A stretch of DNA of 56,301 nucleotides, the filler included, from Sluysia triapertura (taxonomy: Eukaryota): assembly GCA_046118255.1 (NCBI GenBank). It is 4 parts of 4 records of this genome, joined end to end, with 100 filler letters (N's around TTAATTAATTAA, not from the genome) between each part and the next. Parts side by side here need not be neighbours in the genome. Positions count along the whole stretch, not along the records: positions 1 to 13,178 come from JBJNIA010054772.1; positions 13,279 to 26,000 come from JBJNIA010086692.1; 2 more parts are not named here. The stretch is one strand, 5' to 3'. The position numbers and the translations under genes are program-made. This document shows positions 11,671 to 24,160 of the stretch, piece by piece; within the stretch, counting starts at the first letter, position 1, and each line of letters begins with the position of its first letter. Under the pieces are notes generated by a model. It had not been told where the DNA came from. It did no database searches and saw only the letters and a program-made list of their open reading frames with translations.

Positions 11671-11907
11671 CGTTGATTCTTCTGTTAATTTTAATAAAAC
11701 TTTTCTTAATGTTATTGGTTTTTCTATTTATCATAATATAGGATCGAATTTAAATAAAATGATTAAAGGCAATTTTATCTTACAAAGTTTAAAATCTGAT
11801 AAAGTAAATAAAATTAAAAATTTTATGCATCGTCATAGTTCTAAATTTGAAATAAAACTTTTAACTAACATAAATCATACTACATCACCACCAAAACAGG
11901 CATCAAA

Positions 11908-12168
11908 CATGAGAAGATCCATGCATATGGTAATACTTACTATTATTTTATTATTTTATATAAAACAAATAAATAAATAAACAAATAAATATCTCAAGAT
12001 TAATCTTGTGGGACACCCAGCTCAATTTATTTTATTTTGAATTATTTTATTTTTATCAATTTTAAGTCAACTTTATGGGAGACCCACTGATATTTATTTT
12101 TAAAATATTGTGTTAATTATTTGATTTTTCCCTAATTGTAAGATAATTTGTGGGAGACACTCTGCCCA
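11908..12168 (+). repeat. Conserved CATGA(GA)AGATCCATGCAT-TGGTAA motif followed by three TGGGA-x-AC(C) repeats/hairpins
   Basis: Motif at 11908-11933 matches 15658-15681(-). Repeats at 12007, 12076 and 12149. Confidence 0.65.
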
Positions 12169-13106
12169 AATTTATTTTTAAAATATTTAAGCATTATTAC
12201 TACTTTAAACTTTCTGGATATTGATGTTTTAGTGTTTGTTGCGTCATTCCTGGTTTCTTCATGTAGACTGTCATATCCTTAATACTATTATAAACGTTAT
12301 TGTTAATCTTATTATTTTAGTCACTTTTAGTATTGTTTAGTGGAAATTTATAATAATAATTTGTATTTGATTTTTGTTTAATCAGTAAATTATTGTGTTG
12401 TTATTGATTTAACTTTTTTTAAAAAACTTAATTTGTGGTGAATAATTATTATTATCAAAGTAAAATAATTACTGAAAATTTATACTTAATATAGCGTGCA
12501 CTTATATATTATTGAGACTTGTTTTAAGCTAATTAAATTGATATTGACTTATCGTAGCTAATAATTTGGAATATTAATATAATAATAATATAATTGGAAT
12601 ATTAAACGATTAAATATATAGTAATCAACTTTTGTACCTCTATTTGTTTTATATCATTTACTTAATTTTGTGTATTTGTTAATGTAGCTTGTTTTAATAG
12701 TTTTTTTTGATAAACGATGTGTAGGGATTATTTAAATACTTAGAGACATTTAAGTCATATACTACAATTAATTTTAAATAAGGTAACTTAATTAAAGTGT
12801 GTTTTGTCTATAAATTATCAAAACAAGCATTAACAAACACACTCATTAAGTGGAAAATTAATCAAATGATAAAAGAGAAAAACCCAATCAGTTATTTGAG
12901 AATTAATAGTAATAGAAATTACTAGCTAAAAGTCAAGATATAAATAAAAAGTTCGGGTTGTTAGATATACTTATAAAGATAAATTTCAACATAGAAGTAA
13001 AATTTGCACAGAAAACTTTTATATCCTATAACAACATATTCCTCAGTTAGTTTTATGATAAAGCAGATTTTAGTTGTCTTCGTTATATATGATTTTGCTT
13101 ACTTAA

Positions 13107-13164
13107 CCCTTTGACTACCAATGGGACGATGGGTCCCACAGAAACTATGTTCTACATCAGTGGG
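13107..13164. mobile_element. Minimal piggyBac-like remnant
   Basis: TTAA|CCCTTTGA...TCAGTGGG|TTAA with an internal TGGGAC..GTCCCA inverted repeat. Confidence 0.5.
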
Positions 13165-13178
13165 TTAAAAGTAGCTTT

Positions 13179-13278
13179 NNNNNNNNNNNNNNNNNNNNNN
13201 NNNNNNNNNNNNNNNNNNNNNNTTAATTAATTAANNNNNNNNNNNNNNNNNNNNNNNNNNNNNNNNNNNNNNNNNNNN
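13179..13278. other. Artificial contig linker
   Basis: 44 N + TTAATTAATTAA (stops in all six frames) + 44 N. Confidence 0.98.
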
Positions 13279-13329
13279 ATTTTAGTAAAATTAAATTTGT
13301 GAATATTGATGAAGAAATTTTGAATAGTT

Positions 13330-15150
13330 TTAAATTATGGGTGTTGACCACTACATACGCGATTTTATATTAATAAAATTTATTGGGTCAAATCACTTTC
13401 GTATAATTCAACTATATCGTTAATTTTTATAAGTATCCAGAGTTCCTTGATATTTCCTTAACACATTCAATCAAATTGTATAGTCTCAATTACTTAAAAT
13501 CTACTATATTATGTTGACCACAATTTGAAAAATAATAATTACCGTTAAATTATTATTATTATCTCTCAAATCCTTTTTTAATAATAGGATCTTATATAAA
13601 ATCATCTAATTAATCTTGCTATAAATGCAGAACTAAAAACACTAATAGCATAGTAGCATCCATTATAGCATCAATTTCTAATTCACTTCCATTCTTCCAG
13701 TTTTATCTTTTGCTGACTCTTACGAACAGGTCTAGGATCGTAAGGGATCATAATTTTAAAATATATTCTTCGACAGTGATGATCAATCCTCTAATCTTTT
13801 CAGCATAATTAAATTAAAATTTAATATCATTATTATATAGCTCTTATATCAATAATGAAAGTTATTAACCCATGTTAAAGATAAAATTAATAAAATAGAA
13901 AATTTATTTTTTCATGAAAATCTTTTGCATAATACTTGGGACGTCAAGTTCAATAACATATTTAAATTGATATCTTCATGAGCATCAACTTAACATATAC
14001 TCTACTTATACTTGAACACCGAAATATATTAACTTTACTTTTATATTATAAAAACTAATTAAAATAACTAATCCTTACGTTAATATGTCGACGTGTTTCG
14101 CGACACTTTATCTTTAAAAATACTAATAAAACTCATCATTAAACACTAAACCTAATATTATTTTATCATGAGAAAACATTTTTATTAAGTTATTAAATTA
14201 AACAAATATTAATTAAATTAATTAAAAAATATTTTGTACCATTTATAACAGTGATCTAGTGCGATCTTGTAACATTATAGTGTAGTATAATAAAAATATT
14301 GTGTCTAAAATTTTGTATTATTCAAAGTATTACTTATTACGCTATTTTATATTAATAAAATTTATATATATAAAATATACTTTAATATTTTAAAAAATAA
14401 AACCTTATAAAGGGTTATTTCTTCGTATTTTTCATTCTTTTGTTTTCATTGAAATATCTTAATTCCTCAATGATGTATATTTAATCTTTTCTCTTGAGTC
14501 ATAACCCTTATCTTTCTCCTTACCCAACAGTCTATTATTTCTAACAAATGGTTTATTCTTATTTTATGTTACTTTAAAGCATTTTATGTTATTCTCATTA
14601 AAATTATTATTATACACCTTCTTTCTATCGTTTTTAAAATGTGTATTATCAGAAAACTTATTGTATTAAAAATTATTTGATTATTTGAAAATTTATTCAT
14701 TTGTCTATCTATTTTAATACGAATTATAGGTTTAATGGTCATCATATTAGAATATAATTCTACATTCTATGATTGACTCTTTCTCTACCAAGTCATCTAA
14801 TTAGTTAAATCTAACATCAAATGTTGTGTTCTTATTGGTACTTTGTATACATCAACAAATTTATCAATAATTAATTCAATTTTTAGTTCCTGTGTAAAAC
14901 TTGAACATATCTTGTATGCGAATTGTTTTACTGTATGCTAATGTTTTCTTTACTGTATTGTATCCTGTTTCGAATGTTTTTAAAATTAACAAATTTAGAA
15001 TTTTTAGGCAACAAGGGATTTCAAAAATCACTAATTAAATTTTGCTATGCATTCTTATTGTAATCGGGAATATTCAAATACGCCTCAGACACTTTTCCCT
15101 TCCTCATCGAAACCATATGTTGCGTCTTTAATATAATTAGTAACAAACAA
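13330..15150 (-). mobile_element. Highly degenerate Ty3/gypsy gag-protease-RT relic
   Basis: In the expected order on the minus strand: gag-like LKTFETGYNTVKKTL..FKFYTG (~14980-14890); RT N-terminal-like PYDP..ELEIDAIMDA..SVFSSA (~13750-13620); IVDFKxL..LIECVKEISRNSGYL (~13520-13430). Confidence 0.5.
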
Positions 15151-15450
15151 TTAATAACTCATTTTGGAGAATCTCAATAAATTTAATAATTACAATATCA
15201 AATGCAAATTATTTTAACATTGATATTTATTAAAATCAAAACGATACAACTCCAAATATATTCAATCTAATGAAAAATGCATCAGTAAGTTAATATTAAA
15301 ACTAACAAACAATTTAGTAAATATCCTATGAAAAATTATTAGCTCTCAATAAATCCGATAGTAATCAACAAAGAGTTACAATAATCAATGGTGATGAAAT
15401 ACGAAAAATTCAATTTCTATTTTCCAGATGGTTATTAAAATCTATAATTA

Positions 15451-15990
15451 AAAGGGAACTCCCAAAAAATAATTTTTATTAAACAAAGATAAGAATTCCC
15501 CTAAAGATAAATTTTAATAAATATTTTTGGTTTTCCAAAAAATAAACTTCAATGAACGGGAAATTTCCAAAAAAATGTTTATAAAATAATAATTAAATAT
15601 AATCAACAAAATAAAATAAAAATTAAATTAATAATAAATTTTAAAAAAATAAAAATGTTACCAAATGCATGGATCTTCATGAAATTGTCATCCATGCATC
15701 TTCTTAAGTATTCTTTTTTTACTTTCTCTTATTATCCAATAATTCCTGAGTTTTACAATCAAACATTCTCTCACACAAATCATTAAAAAATTCTTCCTGC
15801 ATCTTAATAATTCTACGTGTTTCTAACTCGCTTCTTATTCAATGATTGGGCAATCCCAGCGATATCAGTTTATCTTGGCCCAATTCTGTGTCAATTTTTG
15901 TTGTGGTTTTATTTATTCTTAACCTAAGGCAATGATAACTTTAGCATGATCAGGCTGCAGTATGCGACTTATGATGTGAGGTGGATTTAC
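15451..15990 (-). mobile_element. gag C-terminal relic, conserved motif and GGG/CCC hairpin array
   Basis: KLISLGLPNH*IRSELETRR..DLCERMFD, then the 15681-15658 motif, then hairpins at 15558, 15527, 15493 and 15451. Confidence 0.5.
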
Positions 15991-16487
15991 CTGTAACTAA
16001 AATGATAAATGTAACGTAAAATCTAACTTAATTCTTAAAGCTTCTCTGACTTACGCATTAACTAGATGTTTATAGAGGGTTTATCTAACATAATTATTAT
16101 TAATTATTAATAATAATTTAATTTAATTTATATTAATTTAATTCGACTATGTCACGAAAACAACTTTAAAAGAAGAATTTGATTTATAAATTATATTGAA
16201 CAATAAATTATATTACAAATAAAATAGATATCACCATAAGAAATAAGAATTAATTAACAGATAGAAATAAAAATAACTAATTTAAAATTAAAACCACTTG
16301 GGCATTTAATGATTTTAGAAATGAATTTTGCGCGTCATTAAATCGGGGTTGAGTAAAATTTATTAAAATAATGGTTTAAGTTGATTTTAAAATTTCAACT
16401 CCGAGAGTCAAAATTACCTTTACAAATTAAATAACTTGCTATTGAACAAAAATTACTTCTACAGTTGTGTTTTTTGAGGTTTAAATG

Positions 16488-16501
16488 GTTGTTATGGCAA
16501 C
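16488..16501. promoter_or_regulatory. RFX X-box-like motif
   Basis: GTTGTTATGGCAAC closely fits the X-box consensus GTNRCC/TATGGYAAC; no target gene identified. Confidence 0.35.
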
Positions 16502-17797
16502 CTAACAGAACGTAGAAAAACGATGAGCCATAATATTAAAGCCGATCGAAAATAACAATTACAACAACGAAATGGAACCAAAAACATTTAACTATTTAAT
16601 TTGTTTATGCACTGAATGTAAAGAATTTGTTAGTGTATGTTTAGTGAAGTAAATTGTTAGTATACGTGTAGTTGTTATTGTTATATTGTAAAAAGAATTT
16701 GTTAATATGAGAGAGTGTACGAAAGTAAGTTATTAAAATGTTGTTGTAGTTAATTTTTATTCGTGTATTTTGATTGTTGACATGTTTTATTGTTTTTTAA
16801 TTGTATGGTCGAATTTTTGTATTAGATTCTAAGGCTGACTTCAGCATACATAGCATTAAACCAGCGACTGTTTTTCATTGATATTGCTTGAGGATTAATT
16901 GGTTCAATTTTGTTATTAATGTTAAATATTGAACGACGCAACAAGAAACACTCATAATGTTCAAACCAGTATTTATGAATTTAAAAACATTAGTTAAACG
17001 ATGGATAAAAATTATTGATTTTTTGAAATTTCTTGTTATTAAAAGAAAATACTATATCATTACTACTTTAACTCCAAATATTGCCTTTTGTGTTTGTAAT
17101 ACAGTTAGTGTTTTCAAAGCTATTTGGTGTCATCAACAAGTCAAAAAATGAAATGTAATTCATACACACTGTTTATGTAGTTTTTCTATATTTACGATTC
17201 ATTTACATCATGATTTGTATTAAATTTGTAATGTGTAATTAAATTTTATACTTTAAAAGGATTTTCTTTCGCTTATTTTTGGTGGGATTTTTTCTACTAA
17301 TAATTTGATGTGTCTTAATCATGTTTGATTTTATTATTTAGTTCGTAATATATTGTTTTTCAGCAATTGAAAATCTAAATTTAAATGAAATGTGAATTTT
17401 AAATTATGAAACATAATTTCCTTTTACAATCAATCAAGTTTAAGACAGTGTTTTTCATTATCCAGCACTATCACTTTCAGAATTTTGTAATTATATTAAT
17501 AAAAATTCATGAGAATGAAAAATACTTTATAAAACCTCTGAAACATCTTAACACTTTAAAATTTACACAGTTTGTTTTGTGTTACTTAAATATTATTTCA
17601 TATTATTCTTGGAAAGATGCTGGTTATAAATGAGGTGAAACATCAATTTGTTCTGTTATTCCAAACATAATTTTCAAATTATGTGTATTAATTATTACTT
17701 ATTCTGATAAAAATTCTTAATGCCTATTTTATTTGGTTATTTTGATTTTTTGATAAATTAAAGTTTCATATTTGTTTAAATATTGTTTTATTTTTAT

Positions 17798-20451
17798 ATG
17801 GATAAAGTCACAAAAATTGTATCTAGTAATATTTCCATTATTAGTTTAAATAAATTGGGATTTGATATACCTCAATGTGTATGTGTTTCTGAACAAGGCG
17901 ACATATTTATAATATGTAAAAATCAGATTGTTTATGCAGTACATTTTTTTAATTTTAATATTTTTATAATTCAAGAATCCATTTTTCAAGTCTTCACTAC
18001 CATTACAATCATTAAAACGAACTGACAGTGATAAATGTGACATTCCAAAGCTTAAATTCAACTTTGCGAGAAGTTTTAGAAAGAATCAAGGTAACGTTAC
18101 AATGGCTTTGTATAGTATTTTTAGGTGATATTATGGATATATTGTTGGATCCCTATTATGAATCAGATTTCAATGATTTTGTATTTACAAAAGGTGAATT
18201 AAGTTCTTATAACCACATCTGGAAACGGTAAAAACTAAAATTGAAATTATTTAAGTGTTTTTCAGATCTTTGTTAGGTGTTTTAAAGAGTAACGGTAATG
18301 TTTTAATTTATTCATACAACAAAGGAAGTAAAACTTTTGAAGAAGTAAGTGTTATAGTTTGAATGTATAACTTTCGAAAAGTTACTAAACGTAATTCAAT
18401 CCGAGCGCATTTTATAATAAATTATGAAATATCTTTTTACGTTTTCTTTCAATTTCAGAAATCTGTCTTTGTAAAGCCGTAGTAGCTCTATTTTCATTAA
18501 ATTATTCGATATTTTTCTGCAATGTTTTTCATTGATTTATATTTTGTCAAAAAATGATCTAAAATTTTTTTTCGATCTCTTAAAGTTTCTTTTCTTATTC
18601 CAACTCTCAATTTTAGAACCTTTACCTTCTGATAAAGATATTTCCGCGTATTCAACAAAGAGTTTTATAATTCTTCGATTAAGTGTTCACACTTGTGATA
18701 ATCTCCTTTTTTAATAAATTAATTCAATGCCTTTTTGTTAGGTGTGCAGTACTGCGAAATGTCTCCAGAATTTCCTTCTGAATAATGTTTACAAATGTTC
18801 GTTTTTCGATACCAATAAGAAATATTCAATGAACGAATACGTAAGCATCAAACAAGATCTGAGAATCATTGATTTTAGCTGGCTCCAACAAATCGACGCC
18901 ACATTGAACTGCTTCTTTATGGCCTTTGTAACGGAATCGGGCCGGATCTTTTTCGGCAATGTCGACTATCAGAACAGAGAAGTAGCGATATTGCATTCGG
19001 ATTCTTTTACAGATTCGCGCATTGATCTGATAAAACTGTGTGACTTCTCGCTTAATCAATTCATGCTTGTATGCGCCTGCACTGACGGCCACGTGCTTGT
19101 TCAGTTCTTCAAATTGTGCCGAACAGAGCAGCTGCGACAGTCAGAAATAAGCGCAGTCAGACGTATTGGCAACACTGTCAAATTACCGCCGATGTCCAAT
19201 CAGAATTTGAAATGTCTCCCCAATTTTATTGGCTGGTGCCACATTCGCTGCTTGTTGATTGTGATGTACGAGACTGAGTTCAAGCTGTTCCAGTTCGCCG
19301 ACATGGACAATAACAAATTGAAGATTAAAAGTAATCTGATGAAAATAGCATCTGGAACCATCGTCAAGAAATTGCTGTTTTCTTTGATCAGTGGCGATTT
19401 CCTGTTGACTCAGGACAGTCTGGTGTACAAGCTGAACTTGAGTAATGGGGTTGACAAATGCGAATTAATTCAGATGGATCTCGAAATCGATAATAATTAC
19501 GAACTCTTTGACGGGTTCCTGTCGCAGAGCGGTGTTTATCTAGGCTTGATAGAGCGCAACACAGTGAAATTTACGAACGCGAAAAACACGAGATACAATG
19601 TCGACTTGATGATGGTGAACCTCTCTGACTTCGATTTCTGCGTTAAATTAATGTTTGACAATTGCAAAGCGTTGTCTCTCAAGCAAGACGTCGTCAGTGC
19701 ACTGAGTCAGTTTCTTAAAAACAGTTACGCATATAATAGGCCAATTTTTCAGTTCGTAGATCCGTTGTTGCGGAAACCGCTTCCTCGGTTGACTACTGGC
19801 GAACTGCAGTGTCTGCTGCGTTTCAGACAAATTTATCCTCAGATTATGAGAGACGACTGCTACGTGCAAGATCTACAAAATGGACTCATCATCAGATTCG
19901 TATTAAAACAAATATCGAGCTTTATAAACTTAGATCCGAATAAGTTGTGCAAGGATGATGCTCAGTTTGCGTTTGGATTGTGCTGCAAGCTTAAAACTTT
20001 GGGAGCGAATTATTTGAAGAGATTCGTAGGAGAAGTTTCCTTGTCGAATTTGTCTGATAATGCAGAAAAGATACTAAGGTCGAATTTCAAAGTTGGTATG
20101 TCAGAAATTCTGAATCTGCGTGCGAGGAATCGACTGTTGTGCTACATATGCAATGAAGTGTGCGATCTGACGGGCTGTGTCAGACTCGGTCATATCAATA
20201 AACGATGCTGCAAAACACTAGATCACGAATTCGCTTTCAGTTCCCGGTGGTACTGTGTCAACTGCGGCGCGTTTCAATTGAAATTGCCCAGTAAAAATGA
20301 AGTGTCGCAATGGCGTCTTGAATTTGACGAATCAAATTGTCCCATTTGTGATGCACCTTTTGAAAACTCGAGCCTGTCGGTTAATTATCTGAAAAAAGTT
20401 CGCCTTGCACAGCAGAGTAATCAGATATATTCTGAAGTGGGTTCAAACTGA
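17798..20451 (+). CDS. GTF3C4: General transcription factor IIIC subunit 4 (TFIIIC90), about 715 aa; exons 17798-17938, 17976-18090, 18125-18227, 18266-18344, 18742-20451
   Basis: GT-AG introns of 37, 34, 38 and 397 nt splice into one open frame. N-terminal LLDP..F..RSLLGVLKSNGNVLIY and C-terminal CxxC..C..GH..RC.T..CxxC..W..CPICDAPF match the TFIIIC-delta and zf-TFIIIC patterns. Confidence 0.85.
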
Positions 20452-21319
20452 GCAAGATTCATTCAATATATTTATAATCGATATTATGCGCTTTACTGAT
20501 TTGCCTGTGATAGAAATACATGTATTCCACAGTGTGCAGTACAAAGCATTTATTGACAGATAATCTTGCACTTGCCGTGCTTACATGGTGCGCAAGCAAA
20601 TGAAATGGAGGCGGAACCAGGAACACGTTTCTGAAGATAAAGAAGGCAGAAACGATGGTGGACAAGTATCGAAACCTAATATTGGCATTATCATTTTGAC
20701 TTACTGACAAATTATGATCGATTGTGTCGATGATTATTTATATAAAATGTCTTTCTTATTTTTATTGGTGGTGCTGTGTTAATAGATGGAGATATTCGCA
20801 CTAAACGGGAATCACGTGGTATGTTGCTTTATTCAAGCGCGCAATTTGAAAATCGTTAGCGAATATCATTAAATTTTAATTTGGCGTTTTGATTAAATTG
20901 TTCTAATTGGTTAAGTGCTTTATGTGGTTAGAGTAAATATACTGGATCAGGGCTCGATATTGCTCGCTTCCCTCATTTGTTCAGAAAGTGAACTGCTTTT
21001 TTTCTCAGAGGGCGAGAACTGCTCACTTGCGACTTCATTTTATTTGTAACCGTTTTTCGATTAACTTAGATTTTGTTGTGTTATTTCGAAGGATCATTTA
21101 AGTGCAAATTTGAAAAGTATTAATCTTGGATATTTAATAAAGAATTTAAATTATAAACTTGCTATTCTCTGCCTTTATTGTAAAGTTTTGTTTTGAATGT
21201 ATTAAATATATTTAATTGCAATTCAAATTTTTCGTCAAATATTTATTAGAATATCAAAACAGCAAGATATAAAAAGAAATAAAATTATTTATTCATTGTT
21301 TAAAGCATCATTAACAAAT

Positions 21320-21840
21320 AGCAAATTTTCTAAGTTCCTCCAGTCATAAATAAAAGCAAAAGTACCTCTTGCGAGAGCAGGATGAAATGATATCCTCATT
21401 AATAATAGTGAGTTTAATATTTAACAAGTTTTAAAGACGCAACATATAAACAGATACAAAAAACCATGTGCACATTTTTTACATCATTCCAGAAAATCTT
21501 AAATTATTTAAAATTTAATCAATGAATGCAAATTAAAAGATTATTCTTTAGTTATTTTTGTTAATATTAATAAAGAACCATGGAGTGTAAGAAACCAATG
21601 GATATATTTCGTATCCATGAAAAATGATTGCACAACCTTTTCCAAAATTAGCGGATCAATTAATTTATAAGTGCTACCATTAAACTTCGTAGCCAATGCA
21701 AACTTGAACCTCAAGTTTTTGCTTCTCTGCGTTATTTGAAATAGAGTTCTTCGTATTTCAATATTTTTGCCAGTAGTAGAGCTGTGTTTGGTATTAAAAG
21801 CTTGCAATTCGTTAGAAATAAAAATGATATGGTGACTCAT
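21320..21840 (-). mobile_element. gag-like relic downstream of a leader hairpin array
   Basis: ORF 21541-21840 contains ATKFNGS..VQSFF..IHWF (gag-like KFxG..WF/Y); it continues with stops. Confidence 0.45.
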
Positions 21841-22152
21841 TTATAACTGGATAATTTCAAGTAAAAAATTAGTATATAAATTTGCAAGTGTTTTTTCTTA
21901 AAAATTACAAAATAACTGAGGGTCGATTCACTTTATAACAATTCTGGAGACGTCCTATTAAGATTTAAACTCATCAAAGAAAACTTAGGCTTACACCAAA
22001 CTTAAAGTGAGTGTATTAATTCTTCACAAATTTAATTTTATATTACGTAGACTTAAATAACTTACAATGAGTATATCAACACTTACTATTTATTCTTTAG
22101 TCAATTATAAAGAGACTTAAGCTTGATAATTCACAAAAATTTAATTATGTGA

Positions 22153-22487
22153 CACTAACCTTCTTAAGGTCTAGTTCAATAAAAATTATAAATAACACAA
22201 GCCTTGTATGAAAAAAATTTAATGAATTTTAATAATTACTCTAGCCTTTTTAAAGTCTACATCGAAAGCTAATATAAAAATGTAGAAATTTCACTAGCCG
22301 TGTTAAGGTCTAGTGTTTTGTGAAAATATGATTTTATTTTAATAATGAAAACCAAATATCCACCTAAAGCATACGCAAACAATCAACAAATAAAAGCTTA
22401 TAATAATAGTAATTTACTATCTCACTCAACTTTGTTGGTGGCTTGAAGAGTTTAAAATTATTACACAAGCCTGTTTAAGGTCTTGTA
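22153..22487 (-). repeat. Array of bulged-A hairpins
   Basis: Minus strand: TACAAG-A-CCT-TAAAC-AGG-CTTGTG (22487-22464), CACTAG-A-CC-TTAACAC-GG-CTAGTG (22315-22292), TAG-A-CTTT-AAA-AAGG-CTA (~22259-22242), ACTAG-A-CCTT-AAG-AAGG-TTAGT (22175-22154). Confidence 0.85.
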
Positions 22488-23283
22488 AGAAAAACAAATG
22501 ATTTTAAGTGTTATTTTATTATTCTTATCTTAAAATGAATTTTATTAAATAAAAATTTCTTTTACATGGAATTTTCTTCTTGAACTAATTTGTTATCTTA
22601 ACAAAACTTTTCCGTTAAAAATTTCGTTAAAAAGTCCTTGTTAAAATTTTCTTTACTAGAAAATAACTTACTAAAATTAACTTACTTCCATCTTGAATTG
22701 CTTGATTATTTTTATTTGATGTGGTAAAACAAAATATGAAGAAAAATAAAAATAATTTTTTAAAATTAAAATTATTTGAGTTAATTTTAAAATATTTGTT
22801 ATTTTAAAATATATTACAATTTAGAATTTATTTAAAATATTTAAAATTTATTAAAAACTCTTGGATTAATATTTTATTTTCATATTAATATTTTACTAAA
22901 ATTTATAAAAAAATAATTATTTTTAAAAAAATATAGTTTTATATAAAATATACAAGATGTAATAAATTTCAACTACAAAATAAAAATTTTTACAAAAGCA
23001 TTTTCAACCTGACAAATTTAGGCATTTAGAAAATCATGTTATTACTTTTATCAAATTTATTCAAATCAATATTTTCAAATGGATCTTCTAGAGAGATCGC
23101 ACGTCATTTGAATTTTAACATTGTCACATAATCATTTTGTTCCTATTTCACAAGATCCACGAAAAATCACATTTAAACCTTTAAATAATTTGTAATTATT
23201 AAATTAATTTGCAGCAATTAACATATATCCAAGAAAATCCAATAATTTTTTGACTTGTCCTCCCTTACTTTTACTCTACCAAA

Positions 23284-23353
23284 TCCAACGGCTGGCCCTC
23301 GCTGGTAAGTCCATTATGTTGATGAACTCACGACTTTAATTTAACTTTTATTC
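23284..23353 (-). other. Conserved structured retroelement-leader module, copy 2
   Basis: AATAAA..GTGAGTTCATCAACATAA TGGACTTA CCAGC GAGGGCCA GCCGTTGGA. Confidence 0.75.
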
Positions 23354-23912
23354 TATTAACATTATTTCTCACAATATTATAGCGACATTATAGTTAAGTC
23401 TTTAATTTATGATTTATAACTAACTTCATAGTAAAATTAACTGAACTTAAAATCTTATTGAATTTAATTATTTTAATAATCTAGTACAAATTATCAGAAA
23501 GAACTTTATTAATAATACGTACATTACCAATCAATAAATTACTACCGAATCCATTCGAAGTCACTCCTTAAATTTTTAAAAATTTATAAAATCAAAACCT
23601 ACGAATTTAATTATATTCCATATAGCATAATTACAATAATAAGAATAAAATATTATGTTGTTACTCTTCTAATATTCAAAACTTCTGTCACCTAACACTA
23701 ATTCAAAATAAAATTAAACAAATTAATAGTTAATAAAATGAAATGAAAACCATGGGTGACGAAGCACAGAATTAAATCAAATACCTTCCAAAAATTGATT
23801 CTTGAATAATAAATAGATAAAGGGTCTTAATGTAATTTCAAAAATTTACTATTAATAAGTTTCGACCATTATTAATTTTTAATATAAAATAATTATAGAT
23901 CATTCACTAAAT

Positions 23913-24160
23913 CACGATTTCTTAACCATTTGGTCGCGTTAAATTTTTATGGGTCGTGGACTCGCGGGTTAGTATAAATAATATAATATAAATATAAACT
24001 ACATACAAAAAAAGTAATTTGTACAATCAAAACGCTAATTAGCACCAATAATATGTCTTATTTTATTTATTTGCATTCTTTTATGTAATAAAAAATTGGG
24101 TCGCAGAACAATCTGAAAAAATTTTATTGGGTGGTGGAGTAAAAAGGCCGAGAAACACTG
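23913..24160. mobile_element. hAT (Charlie-like) MITE, 248 bp
   Basis: Perfect 8-bp TSD CACTAAAT (23905-23912 and 24161-24168), imperfect TIRs CACGATTTCTTAACC / GGCCGAGAAACACTG, subterminal GGTCGC motifs. Confidence 0.85.

Noticed and set aside
13179-13278. TTAATTAATTAA palindrome between N runs (also 26001 and 43662)
   Set aside because: Identical synthetic all-frame-stop linker; assembly or concatenation artefact.
14085-14140. Hammerhead-like TGATGAG...CGAAACACGTC on the minus strand
   Set aside because: Lacks the C of CUGAUGA and convincing stems I and II; lies inside a gypsy-like relic.
18826-19869. Minus-strand ORFs inside GTF3C4 exon 5
   Set aside because: Shadow ORFs expected in GC-richer coding DNA.
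20560-20710. IQ-motif-like CRAYMVRKQMK reading downstream of GTF3C4
   Set aside because: Short, with no supportable start or splice structure.
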